A stretch of DNA of 63,361 nt, counting the filler, from Rozella allomycis CSF55 (Eukaryota): assembly GCA_000442015.1 (NCBI GenBank). It is 6 parts of 6 records of this genome, joined end to end, with 100 filler letters (N's around TTAATTAATTAA, not from the genome) between each part and the next. Parts side by side here need not be neighbours in the genome. Positions count along the whole stretch, not along the records: positions 11,649 to 35,862 come from KE561009.1; 5 more parts are not named here. The stretch is one strand, 5' to 3'. A program made the position numbers and the translations under genes. This document shows, in pieces, positions 24,864 to 35,962 of this stretch. Each line of letters starts with the position of its first letter. The stretch's first letter is position 1. The notes beneath the pieces are model-generated. The model was not told the DNA's origin, did not search any database, and saw only the letters and a program-made list of their open reading frames with translations.

Positions 24864-26119
24864 AAAATTAATATTTATTTTTATTACTAAGAAATAGCTG
24901 TAAAATAATCGCATACTCGTGAACAACTTATTAGCCACTTCGGGTAAGAGCGGCTAAAAGCCGGTTACAAGTTAAATATTACTTCGAATATTGTTCTGAA
25001 GTCCGGGTCGTAAACTCCCCGTCCGATAATAACCAACTATTGATTAATTTATTTCCCTTTCCTATAATAACCAACTATTGATTAATTTATCTGAGTGGAT
25101 CACGGCAATGACAATTATTCTTATTCTTATTACTCTGAGCGATTTACTGGACGTTCAATCAAAATTGTATCAGATGGCACATATGTGGCAATGGTACTTC
25201 GTATTATTGGATCGGCTAAAAATTACCTATGACACCATGATTCATTATTGTCTTCCTAGACATATCTTGGACTGAATACTCTATTGACTGGTTGTTTCAT
25301 CTCGTTTTAAATCTGTGTCAATTGTAGGATAGTCTGCGTTAAAAGGACCCAAAACAATTTGAGAGCAGGTGGAAGACCAATGATACTCTGACAAGTTTCA
25401 TTTTGAAGGCTTCATGAATGTAGTACAAAATTCGTTTTCCACGTTCCATGAAATCTTCCGCGTCAAAGAGAAACAAGAAAAAAGGCTTGGTTATGATGAC
25501 AGGAAAAATTAGACCAAATTCTCTTTGAAAAAGATTCGCAAGTTAAAAAAATTCAAAGCATCAATAGCAAGTTTCAAATTTGATATTTTCATCGATATGA
25601 GTCTGAGATAAAGACTCTAAAGATTGTTGATGGATCTTATCGAAGCTTATTTAACAATTAGATAAATAGATGCGATTGACTGCTGGTTGTTGTGCAGAAA
25701 TATATAAGTTTTATAGTCATACTACAATGAACAAGGTATTAGCCATGGCAGAAAATTTGATGCACAATATTTACAAGTTAAACCCAAAAGTTATTCGAGA
25801 GCTTAGTATTAAAATGAGAATGCTTCAATTGGGGTCACAAGTTTTTTAAGTCCAGCCTAGGTAGGATTAAAGAAAAAAAGACGAAAGACAAGGCTGACCA
25901 TGAGGCTTCAGGAAAAAACCTCACATATCGCAGAATCCATAATAATNTTCCACTCCCCTGAATCGACATATGTGATCGAAAATCGTAAACACTTGAAATT
26001 TCACCACTAAATTTCCTCACGACTTAGAAAAACCATAAAAGAGCAATGTGCCCGGTATGATTTTCAAGTTTAATTTTAGGGTATTTTGGAGAATACTCTT
26101 AACTTCAATGTCCTGTTAA

Positions 26120-28576
26120 GTGCCACATATGCCTTCTCGTGCCATCTGCGCCACCATGATTTTTTTGCACCTTGCAGTATCAGCGTTATATCTGTCATAT
26201 ACGACAGGTCTTCTTTCACCGAATATGCTTAACTTTGATGAGGAAAGGGTGCCTTTCTTAATTGAAAGTTGTGCATTGATTCATTCTGGTTTTCTTGAAT
26301 CAGCTGTTAAGAGTCCTCACCATCTGTACCACAAGCTCGCCAAGAAGCTGTATATTGTTCCCAACCAGCTTACACTTCACGGATCTTACCATCCAGTTTC
26401 TTCTAAACAGTGGATCGAAATCGTAAAACCTTTCCAGGTTCAAGGGCGCTCTGTTGAATCCATTAAAGCATTAGCCATGAAGAATTTGGATATGCTTGCT
26501 TTAGAAACTGGATATTTAAATATGAAAAAGTTCATTTCGTTCAGTGCTAGTTTTCTTGCGCAAGCAGAAAATGATACGAGAATTTCACGATCCTTGGTAT
26601 ATGCCATAATTCTTTCCGCCGCTTGCTATAAAGCTGAGTATCCTGAGGATGTAATGGAAGGTGTAGATCAAATTGAATTTTTTGACCCTACCAAGTACTC
26701 TGACCTTTGTGGACATCAATCTCCTCGACTACACAAAGGATTGTTTTCTTTCTGTATTTTCCAAGAGCCCGAAGTTCACTTCCCAATGCCTTTGAGATAC
26801 TTTCAATTAAGATTTGACAACAACATTGTATTCTCAAATTGTGGTGAAGTTACCTTGCTTAACACTTTATTGATGTTAACATATGACTTTGAAAGAAAAA
26901 GATTTGACTCTTCAAGATTGCTCCGTGGATCGCTTTCTGGATTAGAAGCCAAGCTAAATAGGAAAATGGTTGATTTCTTCATCAAATATCCTGACCCCAA
27001 TTCAATCCGAAATATGAAAGCTTATAAGGAATTTGCAATGTTGATTTCAAGTTTAGATGATGTTTCGTATAAAATTGATGGCAAGTATGAGATCACTGGT
27101 GGTTTTCCATCCTTTCTAAGGGTTATACAATTGTTTTTTGGAGTGAGAACTCTTGATGAATTTGCTGTTTTTATGAGTTACCAAACAAATTCTATGATTT
27201 CATTTTATGAGATTATTGACGAGAAAGGGTACGGCTCATTGTTTATGTCCATTAATGATGTCGAATTTAAGATTAAGTTTGAAATTGGCCATTTTTCCTT
27301 TTACTTTTTAGAGAAAAAGAAAGACAAAAGTCACGAAAAGGATATATTTAGAAATTTTATTCATGATCAAGCAAACAGACTAGTATTTCGCAATGTCGAA
27401 TTTTGGATTCCTTTGTTCTTGAACCAGTTTGACTATTTCGATCTAAGCAGCAAAAATACGGAACTATTTTCACGTTACATTAACATTCCAGTCCCCGAAA
27501 ATGTCTCTGATGCCTGGAACTTGCTGTTTCTTTCTACTTGCTCTGTTTCTACGAGTTCCCAAAGTCAGCTTGTGCTCTTAATATCCTTTGAAAATAGAAA
27601 TCCTGGATTTTTAGATGAAAATGGTTGGAATTATGTACAAAAATTTCTGGAAGATGGACTTGAGACTTGGACCGATGATGACATAGAACAAGTGATTCAT
27701 CATTGTGAAATGTACCCAGCCAGAATGCTAGAGATCCTATCTCTATTAAAAGCTGATGTTTTTTTCGCTATTATGATATTATTCTCTGATAATAAAAGTG
27801 AAAAATCTCAACAATTGCAAAACTACATTCTAAATCAATTCGATAAAATTCCGTCCACGATAGAACTGATGCAGTACCTGTCACATTTTCCTTCAAAGTT
27901 TGGCCTTCAAATAATGCTGAAGATTGATAACGAGGAGGCATTAAAGTACTTCGTGATAGGGCTACAGAATTGCGAATGCAAAGATACTCTCTATGCTGTA
28001 TCCAACACTCTGGTTGACTTAATATTCACTGAAGATGGTTCCAAAGTTTCCAAGATTTTATCTTATGAACTCCCTCAATATGTGGAAGAGATAGTAGCTG
28101 ATAGGCTTATTAAAGAAGTGCGTGATGCTATGGCAAACGCACATCATCCCATCGAATTAAAAGATGCCATGATAGAAATTCCCAATCGTTTTATCCTTCT
28201 GAAAATTGCCGAGTCTGGAGTTGTCGATTTTACCTCAATCGCAGCTAGCGATTACGTGAAGTTTGTGAATACTATCGGCTATTCTCAAATCGTGAGTAAG
28301 GAGCTCAAGCGAGTTCTTAAAATCCGTTCTGATACAGAGAGATTGGAATTTTTTCAAGCATTGATTGAGGAAGACATGAAACTGGACTACAATTTCATTA
28401 AACACAACGGCCTTTACATGTCACCTTTTAAGAAGATCATAAAACCTGGTGAAATATCTCGCTCTCAATGTGAAAAGTATTTTTCCTTGCTTAAAAAACA
28501 CACAGAAGAGTCTGGTCAAACTCTACTTGCAATAGAAGAAATAATCAAGAGATGCAAGTCATTCGATTTTCTTTAA
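26120..28576 (+). CDS. intronless ~815 aa secreted or membrane-anchored orphan with Cys/His protease-like motif
   Basis: Uninterrupted ORF; hydrophobic N-terminus; FSNCGEVTLLN...YDFERKRFD and downstream EIGHFSF; likely ATG at 26129. Confidence 0.75.
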   Translation: MPHMPSRAICATMIFLHLAVSALYLSYTTGLLSPNMLNFDEERVPFLIESCALIHSGFLESAVKSPHHLYHKLAKKLYIVPNQLTLHGSYHPVSSKQWIEIVKPFQVQGRSVESIKALAMKNLDMLALETGYLNMKKFISFSASFLAQAENDTRISRSLVYAIILSAACYKAEYPEDVMEGVDQIEFFDPTKYSDLCGHQSPRLHKGLFSFCIFQEPEVHFPMPLRYFQLRFDNNIVFSNCGEVTLLNTLLMLTYDFERKRFDSSRLLRGSLSGLEAKLNRKMVDFFIKYPDPNSIRNMKAYKEFAMLISSLDDVSYKIDGKYEITGGFPSFLRVIQLFFGVRTLDEFAVFMSYQTNSMISFYEIIDEKGYGSLFMSINDVEFKIKFEIGHFSFYFLEKKKDKSHEKDIFRNFIHDQANRLVFRNVEFWIPLFLNQFDYFDLSSKNTELFSRYINIPVPENVSDAWNLLFLSTCSVSTSSQSQLVLLISFENRNPGFLDENGWNYVQKFLEDGLETWTDDDIEQVIHHCEMYPARMLEILSLLKADVFFAIMILFSDNKSEKSQQLQNYILNQFDKIPSTIELMQYLSHFPSKFGLQIMLKIDNEEALKYFVIGLQNCECKDTLYAVSNTLVDLIFTEDGSKVSKILSYELPQYVEEIVADRLIKEVRDAMANAHHPIELKDAMIEIPNRFILLKIAESGVVDFTSIAASDYVKFVNTIGYSQIVSKELKRVLKIRSDTERLEFFQALIEEDMKLDYNFIKHNGLYMSPFKKIIKPGEISRSQCEKYFSLLKKHTEESGQTLLAIEEIIKRCKSFDFL

Positions 28577-28624
28577 AATACGGGAGAAGAGTTTGCTTAA
28601 ACAATAAATAGAAAATATTTAATT

Positions 28625-29602
28625 TTATTTTTCTTTATTTGCAACTAATTCGGAACCAATTTTATAAGTTAGGATCTTTTCCCTATTTTAAATGCAATTG
28701 TAAAGAGTTACCAATCAATTTTGTTTCTAGTTACAGGCAAAGCTCTCCTTAATGATTTAAAAGTAGTTTCACATATTTCTTCATATGATTCACTGATTGA
28801 AAGTTGAAATTTTTCTTCCAGTGATTTAATTTTCTTTACCACCGTCTTGGCATCCTTAGTGAAGGTTGAAATTTGTTGTTACCATCGAATCGAGTTTTAT
28901 TTGGAACTCCTTTTGGCATTTCATTTGAACGTTTCCATCCTCAAAGTAATGAGCGTCTGCTTTTATCGTTCCAATTGCCAAAAATTTATCTTCATCGATT
29001 TTCCATATTGAGCTCCACTTGGCATTCCTATTACAAAAAAAGTCATTGTCTACCAATAGTTTGATGGATTATACTTGACGGCAGTACAAATTAAGACCAA
29101 TTCTTTCCCTTCCTTTAGTACCAAAGAATGCGGATTAGAATAATAATCATTTAAATAACTTTCATATTCAGTCCTAAATAGGATTCTATTTTAACAATGG
29201 ATCGATTTTACGTAACCTCATCCTCGTTGCGTTCCATCTGACCGACACTTTTTCCTTCAAGCGACAAATGGTCAATTGAGAAAATTGTGCCAGACTTTGG
29301 ATTATAATACAAATCTTTCTCTGTATCAGCCTTGTTGTAGCTACACACTATATTCTGTGTCTACTATTACGAAAATGTACCTTTTCGTCATCTATCCTTG
29401 TAATGGCATAATTATTTTCGTTATATTTTTTGCAAGATTCTTTGAGCAAGGAATCAATGTCTGCACCTTGCAAGATAACCCTCAAATCTAATGAGACTAC
29501 ATTTGAGGTCTTACCATTCACTATATCACCCAATGCACCGGGTGGTGCACTCTCGATAAATTTCATTACAATTTGTCGCTTTTCGTCCTCTGTAACCTCC
29601 AT
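28625..29602 (-). CDS. CAP1: F-actin capping protein alpha subunit
   Basis: EKRQIVMKFIESAPPG, DLRVI, NAKWSSIW, ADAHYFEDGNVQM, FKSLRRALPVTRNKIDW. Confidence 0.95.
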
Positions 29603-29681
29603 CTCTAGTTTAACCTCTTGTGGCGCAGGTGAAGATTTGGGTGTAATAACAAGCATCAAGATAAATATTCGTTTATTTAAT

Positions 29682-30569
29682 TCACATTATATTGACATGC
29701 TTAGGAGCTGGATGATGAAGCTTCGTTGTTGGTGTAGAAGAAACATTCCTTGAAGTCATACTGGTCTTTACAAGTCCCATTTTTCGCAGCCCCCGTCTAA
29801 TGAACTTGAATAACTCTCGGTCGTATAAAGTTAATGATACTAAGAGAAACCCTTGGAATACGAAAAGGAAAATTAAGCCTGGGAAAAGAGGATCAAAGAA
29901 TAACATTAGAATCAATGCTAGGTTATATCCGCAAACAATAATGGATCTAATCAAATTTCCGCTTCTAAATGCTGATGCATTTTCATTTTCTGAATATTGC
30001 ATCACCGCGTTGATGTTTAAACTGCTAACAATCAAGTCAACTACGATAGATAGTATAGCACAGACAGTTCCAGAAATAGGATCAGCATACATTGTACAAT
30101 ACCCATTATCATCTAACATTCCATAACTAGCTATAGAGTCGTAAATAGCGAATCCAGTTCGGATCAATATGATGGCACCTGATGTATAAACTATTTTACG
30201 TGGCTTCTTAAGAAAGACGTATACCTGATGCAACCATATCCCTTCACATGTAATCATTCCTGTGTAGTATGTCAAATTGGCGAGTAGTATAGAAGAGAAA
30301 CAAGGTCCCTGACCCTCTACAATCATATCCACAATTGAAAGTATGCCATATGCAGAGTATGACAAACTTGCCACTGTTTTCATGTACCCAAGATATTTCC
30401 ATGTCACTTGAGAGTCCAATTTATATCTTTGATATATAGAAACAAATGACACTATTATAGTGCAGACTGCCGTTGTAACTTGTAATTCAAAAAATACCAT
30501 TGATTCAGGCAAATTTCCCGCGAATGAGATATTCTCCGTGCTACATTTAGAGTTAAAAACTACCTCCAT
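29682..30569 (-). CDS. intronless 7-TM GPCR-like membrane protein, copy 1
   Basis: Seven hydrophobic segments, Cys at top of TM3 and in ECL2 (GPCF / NGYC), basic C-tail. Confidence 0.7.
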   Translation of the reverse strand: MEVVFNSKCSTENISFAGNLPESMVFFELQVTTAVCTIIVSFVSIYQRYKLDSQVTWKYLGYMKTVASLSYSAYGILSIVDMIVEGQGPCFSSILLANLTYYTGMITCEGIWLHQVYVFLKKPRKIVYTSGAIILIRTGFAIYDSIASYGMLDDNGYCTMYADPISGTVCAILSIVVDLIVSSLNINAVMQYSENENASAFRSGNLIRSIIVCGYNLALILMLFFDPLFPGLIFLFVFQGFLLVSLTLYDRELFKFIRRGLRKMGLVKTSMTSRNVSSTPTTKLHHPAPKHVNIM

Positions 30570-30858
30570 AAAGAAACAAAAAACAAAGTATTTTTCAATA
30601 GTTTATTAAATGCCTATTTTATAAGTCGACTATAAACAAAAGATGACACCATTTATGTAAAATTATCAGGTAAAAGCCGAATATCAAAATATTTTTTGGT
30701 GGGCATTTAAAGTNTGAACGGCCATAGGCAAATCATATAATAACATTGGCTAAAAGCTCAAAATTCAATTTATAGAAGTAATACGAAATTCAGTGATACT
30801 ATGCAGTAAACATGATCTTTACGCAATTATGGCAATAACCGTTAAACGTTTTTATTAT

Positions 30859-31683
30859 TTATATGAGGGCAGATTTTTTGATATTCTCCGGAACTTCTTC
30901 AGGCGCCTGTTTTGATGCGATGACGTTATTATGTCTTGATGTTAACGTCAAGTTTACTATTCCCAAAAATCTTAATCCACTCCGTATCATTTTAAAAATT
31001 TCTCTGTCATACATTGTCAATGTCACCAAGAGGAATGCCTGGAAAACGTAAAGAAAGATCAGCCCTTCATAGAATGGATCCAAATAGAGAATGAATATAT
31101 ATGCCAAATTATATCCACATATCAAAATAGATCTCAATAAATTGCCGCTTTTAAAGGCTGATGCATTTTCATTATCCGAATATTGCATAACGGCCTTGAT
31201 GTTTAAGATGCTAATTAGCAAGTCAATCACGATCGAAGCAAGCGCACTACATGTACCGGAAATTGGATCTGAGTATATTATACAATTTCCATTATCATCT
31301 AGCTCTCCAAAGCTAGCGACAGAATCGTATATGCTAACGCATGCGTGTAGGAAAATTATCAAAATAGATAGATATATTATTTTCCTCGGCTTTTTGAGAA
31401 AGACATAGACTTGATGCAACCAAACGACTTCGCAAGTAATTAATCCAAGGTAATAAGCTAAACAACCTAACAATATTGAAGTAAAACATGAACTTAAACT
31501 CTTCATTTCTGGCTGAACAATAGAATTGACGGCAAAAGTGGAATATGATAAACTGGACAATACTTTAATGTAAGGAAGATATTTCCATGTAGTTTGGTTA
31601 TTGTATTTATGTCTATGATATATCGACGATGACACCAGTATTGTACAGACTGAAGTTGCCAGCTGCAATTCAAAATATACCAT
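30859..31683 (-). CDS. intronless 7-TM GPCR-like membrane protein, copy 2 (tandem paralog)
   Basis: Shares WLHQVYVFLKKPRKI, DPISGT and NENASAF with 29682-30569. Confidence 0.7.
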   Translation of the reverse strand: MVYFELQLATSVCTILVSSSIYHRHKYNNQTTWKYLPYIKVLSSLSYSTFAVNSIVQPEMKSLSSCFTSILLGCLAYYLGLITCEVVWLHQVYVFLKKPRKIIYLSILIIFLHACVSIYDSVASFGELDDNGNCIIYSDPISGTCSALASIVIDLLISILNIKAVMQYSDNENASAFKSGNLLRSILICGYNLAYIFILYLDPFYEGLIFLYVFQAFLLVTLTMYDREIFKMIRSGLRFLGIVNLTLTSRHNNVIASKQAPEEVPENIKKSALI

Positions 31684-31758
31684 TTTTGAATAATAAAGTC
31701 TTTGGATAATTCTCCGTATGGCACATTTGGATTGAATGTATACCTAGGGTGTTTGGAA

Positions 31759-32933
31759 ATGTCTAAATTTACAGAAGCAATTTGCTACAAAAGTTTTGGC
31801 AGCGTTTTAAATTCACGTAAGTTGATACCAATTATATTCTAGTGTACCTTGAACCAAATTGCAGTGTCTATCACCATTCTTATAAAAATGGCAAAGATTG
31901 GGTTAGAATTGGATTCCGAGCCACACCCATAAACCCTTCAGATATTAATCAGATAGAAGGGGTTTATCCAGTCAAGCCCAACACATTTCCTGCGGTTGGT
32001 GGTAATGAAGGAGTAGCCCAAGTGCTGGAGATCGGACAACAAGTGAAAGATATCAAGGTTGGTGATTTTGTTATACCGAGACTGTCAGGCTTTGGTAAAT
32101 ACATTGATGTATAATGTTCAAGGGACATGGAGAAGGGAGACTATCTGTGATCCCGCTTGTTTGTTTAGGGTCCACAAATCGATTGGTTTGATTAATGCCG
32201 CCACGGTATCAGTGAATTTGTGCTCTGCATATCGAATGCTTCATGACTACATTTCATTAAGCCAAGGTAGTTTTTATTTTACGGTTAGACAAGACGATGT
32301 AGTGATTCAAAATGCAGCGAATAGTGGTGTAGGAAAAGCTATAATACAAATCTGCAAACACAAGAAGATTAAAAATATCAACGTTATAAGGAAAAGGTAA
32401 GTTTGCTTTTTTGATGTGACAGGGAAACCACAGAGGAAAGCAACGCTTTAATGAATCATTTGAAACAACTTGGGAGTTCCATGACTGTTTTTGAAGATGA
32501 TTTGATTAATAATGTCAATAAAGTTCAAGAACAAATCATGGAACATTTTAAAGTCTTGCCAATTCTCGGTTTGAATGCTGTGGGTGGTGAAAATTCTACA
32601 AACATTTTCAGACTTTTGAATAAGAATGGCGCTATGGTTACTTATGGCGCCATGTCCAAAAAACCAATAAAACTGCCTACTGGTCCATTCATTTTCGACA
32701 ATAAGAAGTGTTTTGGCTTTTGGATGAGTCAATGGTACTCTGACTCTCAAAACAATTCCAAAAGAAGTGAAATGATGAATGATATTTGTTCAATGATTGA
32801 AAAGAGGGCGCTTTCTACCCTCGATTACAAGCTTTATTCATACAAGGATTATCAAAGGGCGTTAGCAGAGAAATCGAAAGCAATTTTGATTTGGAATGAA
32901 NGAGAAATCCAAGGCTATATTGATTTGGAATGA
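31759..32933 (+). CDS. MECR: mitochondrial enoyl-ACP reductase (Etr1/MECR)
   Basis: PINPSDINQIEGVYP, AVGGNEGV, GTWR, VIQNAANSGVG, LNAVGG, MVTYGAMSK; 4 introns. Confidence 0.95.
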
Positions 32934-32968
32934 AGAAGATTTGGAAAAAATGAATAAATAATTTATTT

Positions 32969-34672
32969 TTAGTCTAAATTGAATATTTCTTCGTCTATAA
33001 ACATGTAATTATTCGATAGAGCGGGTAAATTTAGCGCCTGCACGCTTGTCTTCTTTGACGGTCCATTCTTTGTTAGTCCATTTATCCAATGTTTGTGTAT
33101 TGGTCTATGGCCATAGTAGCATCTAGCCAACTGCAAAATGGTTTTATACAAACTTGACGCATAAGGTTTACTGGAATTGACGAGGGCAACGAGGATATCA
33201 ATGAATGCAACTGCGCATTTGTCTGATGGATACAACTTGCAAGCTCTCTCCATGCTTAGCATTTCATTAAAATAAAACAGCGCGTTATCTAGATCATTAG
33301 ACAGCAGATACGCTCTACACAATTTCACGTAAATCCTGCAGTCCTTGCCAGTCTTGAAATGTTCCATCATATCAAAAGTTTGCTTGGCCATTTCAGCATT
33401 AAAAGTGTCTCTATTAGAAAAGTGCGACATTATGGGCTGGAAGAACGACTCTGTGATTTGCATTCCATTTTCAAAATGCAATTTATGTAGAAACTCAAAC
33501 ATTTCGCCATAATTCTTTGCTTTTAGTAATGAAGAGACAAACTGTGCCGAAATTATTGGATCGTGGCTGTCGAATTCTTCAAAATAGGATTTATAGATCT
33601 GTCTAGCGATTTCTAAATTCTGTGTTCCAATGTTGGCAACTTGCATCAGATTTCTATAAGTTTGTTCTGAAGGATAAATTTCGTTTGACTTGTCTTCTTT
33701 GAGCATTGAAAAATATCGGACTGCCTTGCTGAAATCTTTACTTTCAATGCAAGACTCTATTAGCGCATCGTAAATGTATATATTTCTTGGAATGTTCTTT
33801 TTAACCATTTCATTAAAGTATTTATTAAGAATGTGTTTTTTGGATGGAATTTTAGAAAGCAATCTAATCAGCCCTTCAAACGTCGTTGTTGATTCTAGTT
33901 CTCTCTGTACAATTTCATTCCATAAATTCTCCCATTGTCGGTCAAACGGTCTTAGTGTTATCCGCTTATCTTCTGGATCGTGTATAGGCCTACAACACAG
34001 GAGCAGCGCCTTGTACATTAGCGGCGACGGTGTGCCGTACTTGTTCTCGAACTGAGCCTTGTATCCCACCGCCAGCGCGACCCTATCCGGCATAATGGCT
34101 GATGACAGCCCCACAATAGCCCTCTCATATACCGCCCTGCCAACAACAACACCGTGTCCTTGCATCAGCTCGATCAAATCCTTTATATCATGCAGCGAGA
34201 AATCATCTTCGAAAATCGAATTGGAAATAGAAATCAGAGATACGACTTCTTTTAGGATAGCCCCACTGTAAAACGACTTGTTGCCTTTCATCTTGCGGAT
34301 CAGCGACGGCCATTGCCTGATCAAATACACTGGTGATCCTTCTTTTGGCATTCCCTTTTTCCTGATTGTTTTGGACAATGACCTGAGAAACTTTACATAT
34401 GATCCCAGAATTTCGACGTATAGGGATTCTGAAGTGTTTGGATCGGCAGCGTCTACGAGTCTAGGAAACATTGGAATTAGTTTCATGTATTCTATATTCA
34501 GAGTATCGTCTTGTCGTATTTTCTGCATGGTGGCAATGACGTCTTTTAGAATTAGTGATTTTTTGGATGATAGGGGCAATTGGCGTGCTAATCGGACTAT
34601 TTTCTCGACATTGGAGTGTTCTGTGAGAGCTAGAGATGACGAAAATCTTTGGAGTGTGTTGAATGTAAACAT
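32969..34672 (-). CDS. pentatricopeptide-repeat (PPR) protein, probably mitochondrial
   Basis: PRNIYIYDALIESCIESKDFSKAVRYFSMLKE, PSEQTYRNLM and IYVKLCRAYL..NDLDNALFYFNEM PPR-like motifs; presequence-like start. Confidence 0.8.
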   Translation of the reverse strand: MFTFNTLQRFSSSLALTEHSNVEKIVRLARQLPLSSKKSLILKDVIATMQKIRQDDTLNIEYMKLIPMFPRLVDAADPNTSESLYVEILGSYVKFLRSLSKTIRKKGMPKEGSPVYLIRQWPSLIRKMKGNKSFYSGAILKEVVSLISISNSIFEDDFSLHDIKDLIELMQGHGVVVGRAVYERAIVGLSSAIMPDRVALAVGYKAQFENKYGTPSPLMYKALLLCCRPIHDPEDKRITLRPFDRQWENLWNEIVQRELESTTTFEGLIRLLSKIPSKKHILNKYFNEMVKKNIPRNIYIYDALIESCIESKDFSKAVRYFSMLKEDKSNEIYPSEQTYRNLMQVANIGTQNLEIARQIYKSYFEEFDSHDPIISAQFVSSLLKAKNYGEMFEFLHKLHFENGMQITESFFQPIMSHFSNRDTFNAEMAKQTFDMMEHFKTGKDCRIYVKLCRAYLLSNDLDNALFYFNEMLSMERACKLYPSDKCAVAFIDILVALVNSSKPYASSLYKTILQLARCYYGHRPIHKHWINGLTKNGPSKKTSVQALNLPALSNNYMFIDEEIFNLD

Positions 34673-34806
34673 TTAATGATTTCCAACGCCACTTGCCGTT
34701 TTGGGTATGCAACAGAAACAAGAAAAATATCTAAGTATTCTTTATTATTTAGGGCATTTTAATTAAAGAATGAATTGATGAATTGCATATTTGGAATGCA
34801 TCAAAT

Positions 34807-35862
34807 TTATTTACTTTTTGTACAATGGGTGTGCCTGATTTTATTGGCTTCAACGATGCAATCTACAGAGTCTATTGTTTTTAAGCAAATATGGCAAAAA
34901 GTGTTTTGATTAATGTTTACATATGAAGCATGATACCTTTTGGAGTAATATTGTAATGAGAGTTGATTTAAACGTGAAGAATAAAGGTTTGATAGCATTT
35001 GTTGTTGACGTTGCTTTGACTGTTGAACTTGAACAATGTTTAGAATGAAAGATTTCAGTTGCAGAAGATTAGAATTTTCAGATAAATTTTGGATGATGAG
35101 AATTGGATCGATGTAGAGGATGTATTTTGAGAGGAATGATAAAAGATTATCTTGTGAACAAATTCTATAAAATTTGAGTATTTTGATTACTGTTGAATAT
35201 TGTTGAAAAAGTGATTTAGCAAATTGGGAACGTTTGAATTATTTGTGTTGATTAAATGATCTATTAAGAATTGAAACGTTTCTAAGTCTTTGTAAATGTT
35301 TAAAATTGTTGATAGACTTTGTTTGAGGTTGCCTTTCAAATTATCAAAAATATTTGACTTGTTACTTGAAACTGAAGGATTGAATTTTCAAAGTCAAATT
35401 CAATTGAATCAACAAAGTCTATTGAATAATCAAAGCAAACAGAAACAAGTTTGTACCTTTAAGTTTTAAAGAAAGGAAAGTTCATTACCTTTAATTTAAA
35501 GAGAAGTGAATTATATTACCTTTAACATGAAATAACTAAGCCCATTACCTTTAATGTAAAGAGAAGTGAAATATATTACCTTTAACATGAAATAACTAAG
35601 ATCATTACCTTGAATTACAATTATTTTCATGGGACTTTAAATAATCTAAAAAAGAAGGTTTGGGATTGTCCATTTCGATATATTCTTGTTCTTGAATTAT
35701 TCTAATCAAAATCAATTTACCAGGGTCAATCATACAATCTAATTTAGAAAATTCCAATAAAATGAAAAATAATTTCTTGAGAATAAAAAGATCTTTTTCA
35801 TTTAATTTCTTAAATTTTTTTGAATCAGATTTTGAATCTAGAAAGAATTCTAAAACTTTTAA
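34807..35862 (-). CDS. 3' part of Vps39/Vam6/TGFBRAP1-family protein
   Basis: C-terminal YVNINQNTFCHICLKTI......HTHC zinc region preceded by helical repeats (VIRIIQEQEY, RYKLV); 5' end in gap. Confidence 0.6.
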
Positions 35863-35962
35863 NNNNNNNNNNNNNNNNNNNNNNNNNNNNNNNNNNNNNN
35901 NNNNNNTTAATTAATTAANNNNNNNNNNNNNNNNNNNNNNNNNNNNNNNNNNNNNNNNNNNN

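Noticed and set aside
24930-25030. Hairpin-rich stretch considered as a tRNA or ncRNA
   Set aside because: No cloverleaf or TTC T-loop consensus could be built.
25078-25830. Possible decayed gene or retroelement
   Set aside because: Many stops and no recognisable motif in the frames I read.
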